In this document: positions 10,678-22,460 of the stretch, piece after piece | How positions within the stretch are numbered: the stretch's first letter is position 1 | Layout of the letters: the number at the start of each line of letters is the position of its first letter | NCBI RefSeq assembly: GCF_036365525.1 | Contig: NC_090397.1 | Coordinates: forward strand, 31,176,352-31,240,351 | Reading direction: 5' to 3' | Source: Heterodontus francisci | Lineage: Eukaryota | Length of the DNA: 64,000 bases | Notes under the pieces: generated by a model | Database searches by the model: none | Seen by the model: the letters and a program-made list of their open reading frames with translations, nothing else | Told to the model about the DNA's origin: nothing | Translations under genes and position numbers: made by a program

Positions 10678-13600
10678 TGTGACCATTGTCATCAGGCCCA
10701 GGCCAAGACCCCCGGCCAGGTAGATCCCACTTCTACCAGCTGTGAGGCTGTTTATGTCCCCTTTTACCCAAAGTACCAGCCACCTGAAGGATCACAGTCT
10801 GGGCCAAAGGAAACTCCTTACCTGGGAATTCCTTCTCCTGGCCACACTGCTCCCTCCTACAATCCCACAGTGCAGGGAACTATGGCTGCAGTGGATAGAA
10901 ATTCTGGCCGAAAAAAGACCTCACCATTGTTCACAGCACAGGTTTGAATCATCGTAGCTGGGTTCTGGCTTAACGTACGGGTCTTCTGCCACAATCCTGT
11001 CTGACAAACGGTGGAAGTGTCTTGGAAGGCTTGTAGCTTTCTGGGTCCAATGTACTTGTTTTTTTAATACAAGTGCAGTACTGTCATCCAACACCATTCA
11101 GGGACCTGCTGTGGCTCTGGTGCCTGTTGTTACTGCAGTTGGTGGTGTCCTTATGGATTGTGGTTTTGTTTTCTTTGGCACAGTGGACTAGAGTGGGTTG
11201 TAATGGTGACAGTGTAAGGAGACACAGTACTGGCTGTGTCATGGTAAAGGCATCGGTAGGCATTTCAGAGTGTCGAAAGAACAGGCCCAGCTGTGAAGGA
11301 GCCAGGTCGAGACCCTTAACCAGAACCTGTTGAAGAAAACAAGACAGAATTGTGATTTTTTCTGACAGTGACTGGAAAGGAGCAGCAGATCTCAGTCAAG
11401 CCTGAGGAGAGAATTTGGGTGTGGAGTGTTGAGAAGTTTAGTTCGAGTGGGGTTCCAGAGCAAAGGGTAAGAAATGAAAGAAAATTATTTCAAATTCATA
11501 GAAACAGAGAAAGTAGGAGCAGGAGTAGGCCATTCGGCCCTTCTGGCCAGCTCCACCATTCAAAAAAGGTCATGGCTGATTGTCTAATTCAGTACCCTGT
11601 TCCCACTTCTTTCCCCCTATCCCTTGAACCCTTTGGCATGAAGAAATATATCTATCTCCTTCTTGAATATATTTAATGATTTGGCTTCCACTACCTTCTG
11701 CATTAGAGAATTCCACAGGTTCACCACCCTCTGAGTGAAGAAATTTCTCCTCATCTCGGTTCTAAATGGCATACCCCGTATCCTGAGACTGTGACCCCTG
11801 GTTCTGGACTCCCCAGACATCGGGAACATCGTCCCTGCATCTAGCCTGTCTAGTCCTGTTAGAATTTTATAGGTTTCTATGAGATCCTCTCTCATTCTTC
11901 TAAACTCTAGTGAATATCGGTCTAGTCGACCCAATCTCTCCTCATACGTCAATTCTGCCATCTCAGGAATCAGCCTAGTAAATCTTCTTTGCACTCCCTC
12001 CATGGCAAGAACATCCTTCCTCAGATAAGGAGACCAAACCTGCACACAATACTCCAGATGTGATCTCACCAAGGCCCTGTATAACTGCAATAAGACATCC
12101 TTGCTCCTGTACTCAAATCCTCTTGCAATGAAGGCCAACATACCATTTGCCTTCTGAACTGCTTGTTGCACCTGAATGCTTGCTTTCAGCGACTGTTGTA
12201 TACAAGGATACCCAGGTCCCGTTGCAACTCCCCCTTTCCCAATCTATCACCATTCAGATAATAATCTGCCTTTCTGTTTTTACAACCAAAGTGGATAACC
12301 TCACATTTACCCACGTTATACTGCATCTGCCATGCATTTGTCCACTCACCCAACTTGTCCAAATCACATTGCAGCCTCTTTGCATCCTCGTCACAGCTCA
12401 CCTTCTCTCCCAGCTTTGTGTCATCTGCAAACTTGGAAATGTTACATTTAGTACCCTCACCCAAGTCATTAATATATATTGTGAATAGCTAGGGCCCAAG
12501 CACTGATCCCTGTGATTCCCCACTAGTCACTGCCTGCCAGCCGGAAAAGACCAGTTTATTCCTACTCTCTGTTTCCTGACTGTCAACCAATTCTCAATCC
12601 ATGCCAGTATATTACCCCCAATCCCATGTGCTTTGATTTTGCACACTAACCTCTTATGTGGGACCTCATCAAAAGCTTTCTGAAAATCCAAATACACCTC
12701 ATCCACTGGTTCTCCCTTATCTATTCTACTAGTTACATTCTCAAAAAACTCCAATAGATTTGTTAAGCATGATTTCCTTTTCGTAAACCCATGTTGACTT
12801 TGTCCAATCTTGTTTATGCATTCCAAGTGTTCTGCTATCACATCCTTTATAATAAACTCTAGCATTTTCCCCATTACTGATGTAAGGCTAACTGGTCTGT
12901 GGTTCCCTGTTTTTTCTCTCCCTCCTTTTTTAAATAGTAGGGTTACATTTGCCACCCTCTATTCTGTAGGAACTGTTCCAGAGTCTATAGAATTTTGGAA
13001 GATGACCATCAATGCATCCATTATTTCCAGGGCCACTTCCTTTAGTACTCTGGGATGTAGATTATCAGGCCCTGGGGGATTTGTCAGCCTTTAACTTCAT
13101 TAATTTCTCTTTTTTATTTTTTTATTTTTTTACTATTACTGATTTCCTTCAGTTCCTCCCTCTCATTAGACCCTTGGTACCCTAACGTTTCTGGGAAATT
13201 ATTTGTGTCCTCCTTTGTGGAGACAGAACCAAAGTATGTGTTTAATTGTTCTGCCATTCCTTTGTTCCCCATTATAATTTCCCCCGTTTCTGACTGTAAG
13301 GGACCTACATTTGTCTTCACTAATCTTTTTCTCTTCACATATTTATAGAAGCTTTTACAGTTAGTTTTTATGTTCCCCGCAAGTGTACTCTCATACTCTA
13401 TTTTCCCCTGCTGAATCAACCTCTTTGTCCTCCTTTGCTGAATTCTAAACTGCTTCCAATCCTCAGAAATACAAATGTGATGGATTTTGACCTTAAAAGG
13501 TAGCCTTCCGGAGAGAGAGGGGAGATCACACATCATCACAGAAAGCAGATCAGCAAGAGGCTGTGGAAAGAGATTCAGCCAAAACAAGGAAGAAGCCCTA

Positions 13601-14044
13601 CTGCTAATTCTACTCTTCAGCTTGCTGCAGCAGTGACCTTAAAGTGACCACCACCTTCAGTCTGAAGCCTTAACCACCAGAAGTCTACAATACATCAACA
13701 AGCTCAAGATTACAAACACCCAGACCTGCACCTTTAAAACAGACTGTCCTCTTGAGAAGATTTACCAGGTTAACTGTGAACCACGAACCCCTACCTCCTT
13801 TTTCCTCTCTATCTAACCGATCGTATGTATGCATGTGTGAGTGAATGTGTGCATAAGTGAGGTTGTGACCATTTCAGAAATTGTGTAAAAATAAATATTA
13901 TCTTTTGTTTAACCTGTGAGGAAACCTATCATTTGTCTGTTTATTTGACCCTAAAAAACACTCAGGGGCTAACTCATCATTTTAAATAAAACACGATTGC
14001 AGTTGGGAGATGAACAGTGGGAACTACCACAACCCCTTACCACA
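10678..14044 (+). mobile_element. Probable solo LTR split by a CR1 insertion (11497-13466)
   Basis: Ends ...ACCCCTTACCACA, with an AATAAA/GT-rich R-U5-like segment at 13820-14000 like the other LTRs here; 5' end and TSD not confirmed. Confidence 0.4.
11497..13466 (-). mobile_element. 5'-truncated CR1 LINE (RT to 3' tail), disrupted
   Basis: ORFs 13114-13587, 12527-12955, 12186-12464 (KFADDTKLG) and 11617-12171 (HLEYCVQ..RRNFFTQRVVNLWN); tail at 11497. Confidence 0.92.
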
Positions 14045-14097
14045 ATTTGGATATGATACATGTGGTTAAAAATAAAACATATCCAATGTTCATTATA

Positions 14098-14200
14098 TTA
14101 CAACAGCGGCTACACTTCAAAAAGTACTTAATTAACTGTAAAGCGCTTTCAATCTGTGATTGTGAAAGGCGCTATATAAATGCAACTTATTTCTTTGTTC
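14098..14200 (+). mobile_element. L2-type SINE 3' tail (DeuSINE/SacSINE-like)
   Basis: CTACACTTCAAAAAGTACTT..CTGTAAAGCGCTTT..GTGAAAGGCGCTATATAAATGCAA; the same tail occurs at ~32500-32595, ~53920-54015, ~56065-56170 and reversed at ~32030-32130. Confidence 0.65.
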
Positions 14201-14539
14201 TTTCTTATACTCTTTTATCTACATTCCATAATGTTATATAGGCAAAATGGAGTTGTGTTTTTTTTTAAACTTCACCTAGTGCCAAATCATAAGTTCATGA
14301 ATTATTGCAGAGAATTGTAAAAAATTTACAGCATAGAAACGGACCATTCATTAATGTTTATGCTCCACATTAACATCCTCCCACTTTATTTACTTCATCT
14401 CACCGTATCAATAAATCATACTTCTATATCTTTACAGGTGATTTGCCTAAAATTGAAATTATGTGCTTCCAATGTGCCTTAAATGCACAAATTCCTGATC
14501 CCAAAAATAAGTCTCAATTCGGCACTGGACATATTTGTA

Positions 14540-15540
14540 ATTTGGAGTGCCGCAAGGATCAGTGCTGGGGCCTCAGCTATTTACAGTCTATATTAATGAC
14601 TTAGTCAAAGATACTGAGAGTAATATATCTACGTTTGCTGACAATACAAAGCTAGGTGGGAATGTAAGCTGTGAGGAGGAGATAAAGAGGATGCAAAGAG
14701 ATATAGACAGGTTAAGTGAGTGGGCAACAAGGCAGCAGATGGAGTATAATGCAGGGAAGTGTGAGGTTATGCACTTTGAATGTAAGAATAGAAAAGCAGA
14801 ATATTTTTTAAAAGGTGTGAAACTTGTAAATATTGATCGGTGGGACTTGGGTGCACTTGTACAAGGAAGACAGAAAGTTAGCATGCAGGTACAGCAAGCA
14901 ATTAGGAAGGCAAATGCCATGTTGGCTTTTATTGCAAGGGGATTGGAGTACAAGAATAAAGCGGTCGTGCTACAATTGTACGGGGCTTTGGTGAGACCGC
15001 ACCTGGAGTATTTTGTGTAGTTTTGGCCTCCATATTTAAAGAAGGATATATTTGCATTGGAGCCGATACAGTGTAGGCTCACTAGTTGCGTTCCTGGGAT
15101 GAGAGGGATAGGTTATGATGAGAGGCTGAGTAAATTCGGTTTATATTCTCTGGAGTTTAGAAGAGTGAGAGGTGATCTCGTTGAAGGGGCTTGACAGGGG
15201 AGACACACAGGTTGTTTCCCTTGGCTGGGGAATCCAGAACACAGGGACACCATCTCAGAATAAGGGGCTGATCATTTAGAACTGAGATGAGGAGAAACTT
15301 CTTCACTCATAGGGTTGTGAATCTTTTGAATTCTCTACCCCAGAGGGTGGTTGATGCTCCATCGTTGAGTATATTTAAGGCTGTGATAGACAGATTTTTG
15401 GTCTCTCAAGGAATCGAGGGATATGGGGAATGGGTGGGAAAATGGAGTTGAAGCCGAAGATCAGCCATGATCGTATTGAATGGTGGAGCAGGCTCGACAG
15501 GCTGTATCGTCTACTCCTGCTCCTATTTCTTATGTTCTTT
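14540..15540 (+). mobile_element. 5'-truncated CR1 LINE
   Basis: ORF 14547-15020 PQGSVLGP..TFADNTKLGG..RPHLEY; tail CCTGCTCCTATTTCTTATGTTC. Confidence 0.9.
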
Positions 15541-15794
15541 TCTTATCAGTCAGAACCAACATGGTTTAGAAGAGAATTTCTTTAATTGAGCACTAGGTGA
15601 CACTATTAAACAGTAACAAGTGATCACACAAAGTGAGGCTACGTTCACAAAGACTCCCTTACTACTTGAAGGAACAGAAATTTTAAGGAGCAAACTCCTC
15701 CAGTTAGTTTTATGTCCCCATATCTCCCCACATCTCTTGAAGCTGGTGATTTTATAGGCACTAACTGGTTTCTAGTATCGTAAAACAAAACGGT

Positions 15795-16115
15795 CACCAC
15801 CCCTTTAGTAAACCCCAGCCCTTGGAAAACCAAAGCCCTTGAAAAACCCAGCCCCTTTGGTGACCCAAACTCATGGTTAAGTCAAGAGCAGAACACCCAC
15901 CCCTTTGGAAAACCCATGCACTCACAAAACCCATGCTCTCGGAAAACCCACATGCTCGGAAAACACATGCCTTTGGAAAACACATGCTCTCAGAAAACCT
16001 GCGCTTTTGGGAAAGCTGCCTTTGGAAATGCTAAGTTCTTGCAACAGCCTAATCTGGAAAAAGTGCAAGCCTTGGAAAATCAAACCATTGGAAAACCAAT
16101 ATCCTCAGAAAACTA
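15795..16115. repeat. Degenerate ~18-bp minisatellite (CCTTGGAAAACCCATG-like)
   Basis: Repeated units such as CTTTGGAAAACCCATGCA, CTCGGAAAACCCACATG and CTTTGGAAAACACATG. Confidence 0.75.
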
Positions 16116-16832
16116 CAAAAAATACTCTGGTTCTCATTTTACATTCCACTTAATTTTACTTTCTATTGACTTCAATCACAATCAGGCGAGACGTAAAATG
16201 GGTGCCTGATCTGATACTGTCAGTTTCCTGCTGGGCAGGTTAGGGTAAAATTCCCCTGTTGTAATTTAGGAACAGTAGTGGTCCCAACCTGGAAAGTCTC
16301 ACTTAGTGCTTCCCACACCCCAACATTATTCCACTAATGACAACTTATTGTTTCATAGCCTTCAGCCAATTTCTTATAAAGTCCCAAGGTTTATGCTGAA
16401 TTCCCACGGCTTTGAGTTTAACTTATAGCCTTTTACGTGGAATATTGTCAAATGCTATTTGGAAGCTTTGTCACAACAGGGCTGATTTTAACCTGCTGTG
16501 ATCAGTGCTAACAGGATGGCAAACAGGTCTCAAAACGGGATCAGTAGATTAACTGCCTCTTTAACACCAATGTTCCAGTTGCCAACATTTTTAAAGGGGC
16601 CTTCTCATGGGCAGCCACGGCCTGCCTGTTTTAGGCAGTGCTGCTTTACTGCCTAAATTGGGGTCCTATGATGCTGTCAAGAAAATGTGCTATGCCAAAT
16701 GAATATTTTTAATCTATCGGTTGGAAACTTGGATTAAACTTTTAAAAACAAGAGACAGAAAGAAATTGATAAAAGTCACTGCTAAAAAGCTAAAAATAGC
16801 CACCACCATTTGCATCTGAATACCTTACACAT

Positions 16833-17957
16833 GTGTCTTTGGGGATCCTGCCATCTTCCATGCGGCTCACATGGCCAAGCCATCTCAAGCGCCGCTGACT
16901 CAGTAGTGTGTATAAGCTGGGGATGTTGGCCGCTTCAAGGACTTCTGTGTTGGAGATATAGTCCTGCCACCTGATGCCAAGTATTCTCCGAAGGCAGCGA
17001 AGATGGAATGAATTGAGACGTCGCTCTTGGCTGGCATACGTTGTCCAGGCCTCGCTGCCGTAGAGCAAGGTACTGAGGACACAGGCCTGATACACTCGGA
17101 CTTTTGTGTTCCGTGTCAGTGCGCCATTTTCCCACACTCTCTTGGCCAGTCTGAACATAGCAGTGGAAGCCTTACCCATGCGCTTGTTGATTTCTGCATC
17201 TAGAGACAGGTTACTGGTGATAGTTGAGCCTAGGTAGGTGAACTCTTGAACCACTTCCAGAGCGTGGTCGCCAATATTGATGGATGGAGCATTTCTGACA
17301 TCCTGCCCCATGATGTTCGTTTTCTTGAGGCTGATGGTTAGGCCAAATTCATTGCAGGCAGACGCAAACCTGTCGATGAGACTCTGCAGGCATTCTTCAG
17401 TGTGAGATGTTAAAGCAGCATCGTCAGCAAAGAGGAGTTCTCTGATGAGGACTTTCCGTACTTTGGACTTCGCTCTTAGACGGGCAAGGTTGAACAACCT
17501 GCCCCCTGATCTTGTGTGGAGGAAAATTCCTTCTTCAGAGGATTTGAACGCATGTGAAAGCAGCAGGGAGAAGAAAATCCCAAAAAGTGTGGGTGCGAGA
17601 ACACAGCCCTGTTTCACACCACTCAGGATAGGAAAGGGCTCTGATGAGGAGCCACCATGTTGAATTGTGCCTTTCATATTGTCATGGAATGAGGTGATGA
17701 TACTTAGTAGCTTTGGTGGACATCCGATCTTTTCTAGTAGTCTGAAGAGACCACGTCTGCTGACGAGGTCAAAGGCTTTGGTGAGATCAATGAAAGCAAT
17801 GTAGAGGGGCATCTGTTGTTCACGGCATTTCTCCTGTATCTGACGAAGGGAGAACAGCATGTCAATAGTCGATCTCTCTGCACGAAAGCCACACTGTGCC
17901 TCAGGGTAGACGCGCTCGGCCAGCTTCTGGAGCCTGTTCAGAGCGACTCGAGCAAAG
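16833..17957 (-). pseudogene. RTE reverse transcriptase fragment, uninterrupted frame
   Basis: ORF 16790-17974: PEAQCGFR, FIDLTKAFD, GVKQGCVLAP, LLFADD, FTYLGS, RLRWLGHVSRM. Confidence 0.92.
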
Positions 17958-18327
17958 ACCCACCGGCCGTCCATGTCTCCGTTATAAAGACGTCTGCAAA
18001 CGCGACATGAAATCGTGTGACATTGATCACAAGTCGTGGGAGTCAGTTGCCAGCATTCGCCAGAGCTGGCGGGCAGCCATAAAGACAGGGCTAAATTGTG
18101 GCGAGTCGAAGAGACTTAGTAGTTGGCAGGAAAAAAGACAGAGGCGCAAGGGGAGAGCCAACTGTGCAACAGCCCCAACAAACAAATTTCTCTGCAGCAC
18201 CTGTGGAAGAGCCTGTCACTCCAGAATTGGCCTTTATAGCCACTCCAGGCGCTGCTTCACAAACCACTGACCACCTCCAGGCGCGTATCCATTGTCTCTC
18301 GAGATAAGGAGGCCCAAAAGAAAGAAG
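16833..18327. mobile_element. RTE-clade LINE with 5' inversion (minus 16833-~17957, plus ~17958-18327)
   Basis: 11-bp TSD ACCTTACACAT (16822-16832, 18328-18338), with the empty site present in the 3' LTR. The plus part encodes PTGRPCLRYKDVCKRD..CSTCGRACHSRIGLYSH and the tail. Confidence 0.93.
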
Positions 18328-19245
18328 ACCTTACACATCAAGGTATCAAAGGAGAGATGGATGACTGAGCTAGCCACCACTAGAACAATGCCTCATGAAT
18401 TTGAAATCAGCTAACAGCTTCACTTCTAATGGCAAAACATTGAAAGCCATCTTGGAACAATAATAGTGGAAGATAAACCTCTCCAGGGCAAATATTGAAA
18501 CAATGAGACCCCAGAGAGATTAGGAATTGCTAGACTTGAATCTAATTAAATAAATCAGGACACTGGACAACCATGTGACTGTCTCCCCATCTGTGAAAAA
18601 CTAGCAGTCTTTTGCTAAAAAGGGACAAGCTCCTGAGACTTTGACATGTGGAGAATCCATGGGGGATGGGGTGGGTGGGGGGGAGGGTCTCTCTCTCTCT
18701 CTCCCCCTCTGTCCAGGTGACCTTAGGGCGTTCAAAGCTTGCCTGCTGGCTGCAAAAGATCCAAGTCCAAGACAAAGACGCCCAGGAAAAAGGTCACGTG
18801 CTCTACTGTCTCCAAGAACTTCTACCAACCAAGAACTTCAGGATTCCAGATTCAGCCAGAACACAACTGAATTTACAGATGCCACAGATTGTATATTCTT
18901 TTTATTCAATCCAAACTCTATTCCAACCACTATTCCTCTCCACTGTTAATCTATTTGTGTTTGTGATTCTCGTGTGTGTATGCGTGAAAGTGTAATGTAG
19001 TTTATTATTTTTACTGAGATGAGGTTTTTGGTTAAGTACAATAAACTCATCTCTATCTTGTTTCAACTCAAGAAAACCTGTCTGATTGATTCTTTTATGA
19101 TTACAAGAAAGGTAAAAGGTTAAAGACTCACTGAAGTGGTAAGCACATCCACTGTTTAAAAAGGAATAAACCCTGTTGCGGTCAAACAAGGCGAAGGACA
19201 AGAGGGGAGCCTTGTGACCCCTCCTCTCCTGATTGTAGCAGAAAT

Positions 19246-19264
19246 TTGGGGGCTTGAGTCCATG
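19246..19264 (+). promoter_or_regulatory. Degenerate tRNA-Pro primer-binding site
   Basis: TTGGGGGCTTGAGTCC just after the 5' LTR resembles the tRNA-Pro PBS TGGGGGCTCGTCCGGG. Confidence 0.65.
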
Positions 19265-19379
19265 GTAGTTTCCCAAAGACAAATGAGAAATTGGACGTGA
19301 GAAACCCAATTGATCCCTGGAAAAAATTTAAAAACTTCAATACAGGTTTTATTGTGGTTTTCACTGCTAGAATACTAAA

Positions 19380-20545
19380 ATGTCCACATTTGAGGCCAGT
19401 ACTCTCTTAGAACAGAGTGAAGTAACTTGGGACAGGTTAAAAGCCCTATCAATTGAAGAGTTGATGTAGCTAGGCAGTTAGGGATTGCTATCTGTCCAAA
19501 GGCTAGGAAACCCAAAATCCTAAAGCATATGGCCAACCATTTTGCACTTGAACCTGAAGACTCTGAAACAGGTTTAGGGTCAGAAACAGACAGGTAGCAT
19601 TAGCTAAGATACAGCTAGAACAGAGGAGACTGGAATTAGAATTGCAAGAAAAAGAAAGAGCTTTCCAGAGAAAGAGGAGAGCGAGTATCAGGAAAGCGAA
19701 ACAGAAAGAGCTTTCCAAAGGGAGTTAAGGCAGCTCGAATTAACGAGAGGAAGTCTTAATGCAGCCAGTGAAGGCACTGCTAGTGAGGAAACTACCCCTA
19801 GCTCAGGGCCAAGTGCTGAGCTTTTAAAGTTCTCTTAGTTGATTCCAAAGTTCAATGAGCGGGATGTGGAAGCATTTTTCGTCTATTTTGAAAAGCTTGC
19901 AAAGCAGCTGAAATGGCCAGCAGACAGCTGGACTCTGTTATTGCAAAGCAAATTAACTGAAAAAGCCCGTGAGTTTATTCACTTGCCTGATGAGAGTTCA
20001 TCAGACTATGAGATGATTAAAAATGCTATCCTGAGCATACGAGCTAGTACTGGAGGTGTACTGCCAAAAATTCCGAACCCTCCGAAAGCAACCTGAACAA
20101 ACTTACCTCGAGTTTGAAAGAGTTAAGCAGCTTGTTTTTGCCCAGTGGATATGAGCACTTAAGATACAGCCCACATATAAAAATCTTAGAGAGATGATCC
20201 TTCTTGAGGAGTTCAAAAAACTCACTGCCCCTTTGCATTAGAACCCACGTGGAGGAACAAAATGTTCCAAGAGCCAGGGAGGCAGTCATCTTGGCTGATG
20301 AATTTACAATTGTCAACAAGCCCTTACCGCAAAGGAAACCCTTCCCCAGTCACCTCCAAAAACTAGAAAAGGATAGAATGTGGGAGGGTGATAGGAGCCT
20401 GAACAGCCATGGGTAAGAAGGGAAAACTGGACAAACGGGGCCATCTTCAGGCCAAAAGGATGGTGCTGAGAGTAGGAGCTGCTGAAAACCTGTGTGTTTC
20501 CATTGTAACAAGGTAGGTCACCTTTGAGCTGACTGCTGGAAGTTA
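19380..20545 (+). pseudogene. Gypsy gag (coiled coil, SCAN-like capsid, CCHC knuckle), disrupted
   Basis: IPKFNERDVEAFFVYFEKLA..W..LLQSKL; ILLEEFK..LPLCIRTHVEEQ..A..LADEF; CFHCNKVGHL..DC at ~20492-20537. Confidence 0.85.
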
Positions 20546-20689
20546 CAGGGAAAACCTGTAGGATTAATCAGGGCACACCAGACCAATGCAGGAAAAGGGG
20601 CCCTAATGGAAAGTACAGCAGACCAGACTGTGGCTCTACTTGCGGCAGTAAGATCCAGTAAACCTGCCGCTGTGAGTGCGGGAAAACTT

Positions 20690-22460
20690 AACAAAATCCC
20701 TGAGAGTTACTAGGATTTTGTATCCCAAGGAAAAGTGATCCCATACCCCTTGAGAGAGGCAAGCAAACCCATAGTCATATTTAGGGATGCAGAGGCCACC
20801 CAATTCCTTCTGCTGGGAAAAGGCATGACCTTTCCCAGAGAGTGCATTGAATGCTAGAGTGCTAGTAAATGGTATTGGAGGAAAGTATATGCCCATGCCT
20901 TTATACCAGGTGCACCTGAAGTGCAAGCTTGTTTCGGGACCAGTAAGTGTGGGGATTGTCCCTAGTTTACCTGTGGACAGGGTTGACCTGCTCCTGGGTA
21001 ATGATCTGGCAGGGGAAAAGATGATAGCTTGCCCAGTGGTTTTAGAGAGACCAGAAGAGGTCAGGGAGACAGAGCAGTTGCAGAAGAAGGTCCCCAGCAT
21101 GTTCTCTGACTGTGTGGTGACAGTCCATGGCCGAACAAACTCCATCAGAGGAGGCTGAACTGGCACTGTAGTCAGATGACCCTACTGTCTGGTTACCTGA
21201 AACCTTTTTCGGGAAGTTAGAGGACCCAGAGGATGGGTTAAACAGGTCTTTCATGGTTGTGGCTCAGAAAGCCGACCCAGGGTTAAAAAAGTTAGCACAA
21301 GACTTCCCAAACTGAAGCTGAAGCAGAGGGAGTTCCAGAGTGGAGAGCTCCTCACAGACCTGCGGATGAAGAGTGAACAGTGGTTCACCAGATAGTAGTG
21401 CTGCCGAGGTACAGTAAGGAAATACTAAGAAGAGTCCATGACCTTCCAATGGCTGGACATGTCGGTGTATGAAAAACCCAAGCCCACCTAAGACAGCATT
21501 TTGACTGGCCAAAACTCCACAAAGATATGGTGGAATTCTGTAAAACTTGCCACACGTGCCAGGTTGTGGGGAAGCCCCAACTGCAATAAAACCTGCACCC
21601 CTAATTCCCATACTGGCTTTTGGGGAACCCTTCAGCAGAGTGCTGGTGGATTGTGTGGGGCCCCTGCCGAAAACAAAAGGGGGCTACCAGTATCTTCTCA
21701 CCATTATGAATGTGGCTACCTGATTCCCAGAGGCTATGCCTCTAAGAACTATCTCTGTCAAGGCAGTGGTGGAGGGGTTAACCCAGTTCTTTACCCGATA
21801 TGGGCTGCCTGCCGAGATCCAGTCAGACCAGGGCACGAATTTCATGTCTGGGATTTTTCAAAAAGTCTTGTGTCATCTGGGCATAACCCAGCTAAAGTCA
21901 TCAGCCTACCACCCATAATCACAAGGGGCTTTGTAATGGTACCACCAGACCCTAAAGACAATGATCAGGACATACTGCTACGAGTATCCCCATGACTGGG
22001 ACAAAGGGCTGGAATTTCTCTTGTTTGCCACCAGGGACTCACCCTATTTAGCCCACTGGCTTTAGTCCCTTTGAATTAGTTTATGGAAATGAGCTGAGAG
22101 GACCTCTTAAACTAATCAAGAAGAGGTTTTTTGGACAGAGGGATGAGCCTTCCATGTTGTACTACATTTCCATGTTCCGGGAACAGCTCACAAGAGCTGT
22201 GCAGTGGCTCAGGAACACCTAAAAACCTCCCAGACAGTTATGAAAAGGCCTTTAAACATGCTAAGGCCGGAACATTTCGGTCTGCAGACCATGTATTAGA
22301 ATTACTCCCAATTCAGGGTCAGCCCCTGAAAGCCCGGTTCAGTGGCCCATACCGAGTAGTGAAAAGGATTAGCCAGGTAAATTATTTAGTTCACACCCCA
22401 GACCAAAGGAAAAAGCAAAGGCTGTGCCACATTAACTTGTTAAAGGAGTATTACAGCCGG
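20690..22460 (+). pseudogene. Gypsy protease followed directly by integrase, disrupted
   Basis: Decayed protease RD(T)G motif at ~20783 and DLLLGNDLAG. Integrase: H..P.AGH/CKTCHTC, PFSRVLVDCVGPLPKT, IQSDQGTNF, SSAYHP, RFSGPYRV..CHINLLKEY. Confidence 0.88.

Larger units (their letters stand above)
16675..19240 (+). repeat. 5' LTR (contains the RTE insertion)
   Basis: TGTCAAGAAAATGTGC...CTCCTGATTGTAGCA, collinear with 23495-24526. Confidence 0.92.

Noticed and set aside
15795-16209. CRISPR-like array or repeat protein (ORFs 15905-16153, 15916-16209)
   Set aside because: Units are degenerate and contiguous without unique spacers, the context is eukaryotic, and the open frames are a by-product of the minisatellite
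16790-17974. 394-aa ORF as an intact RT gene
   Set aside because: It is a 5'-truncated, inverted piece of an RTE insertion, and its N- and C-termini are read from junction sequence
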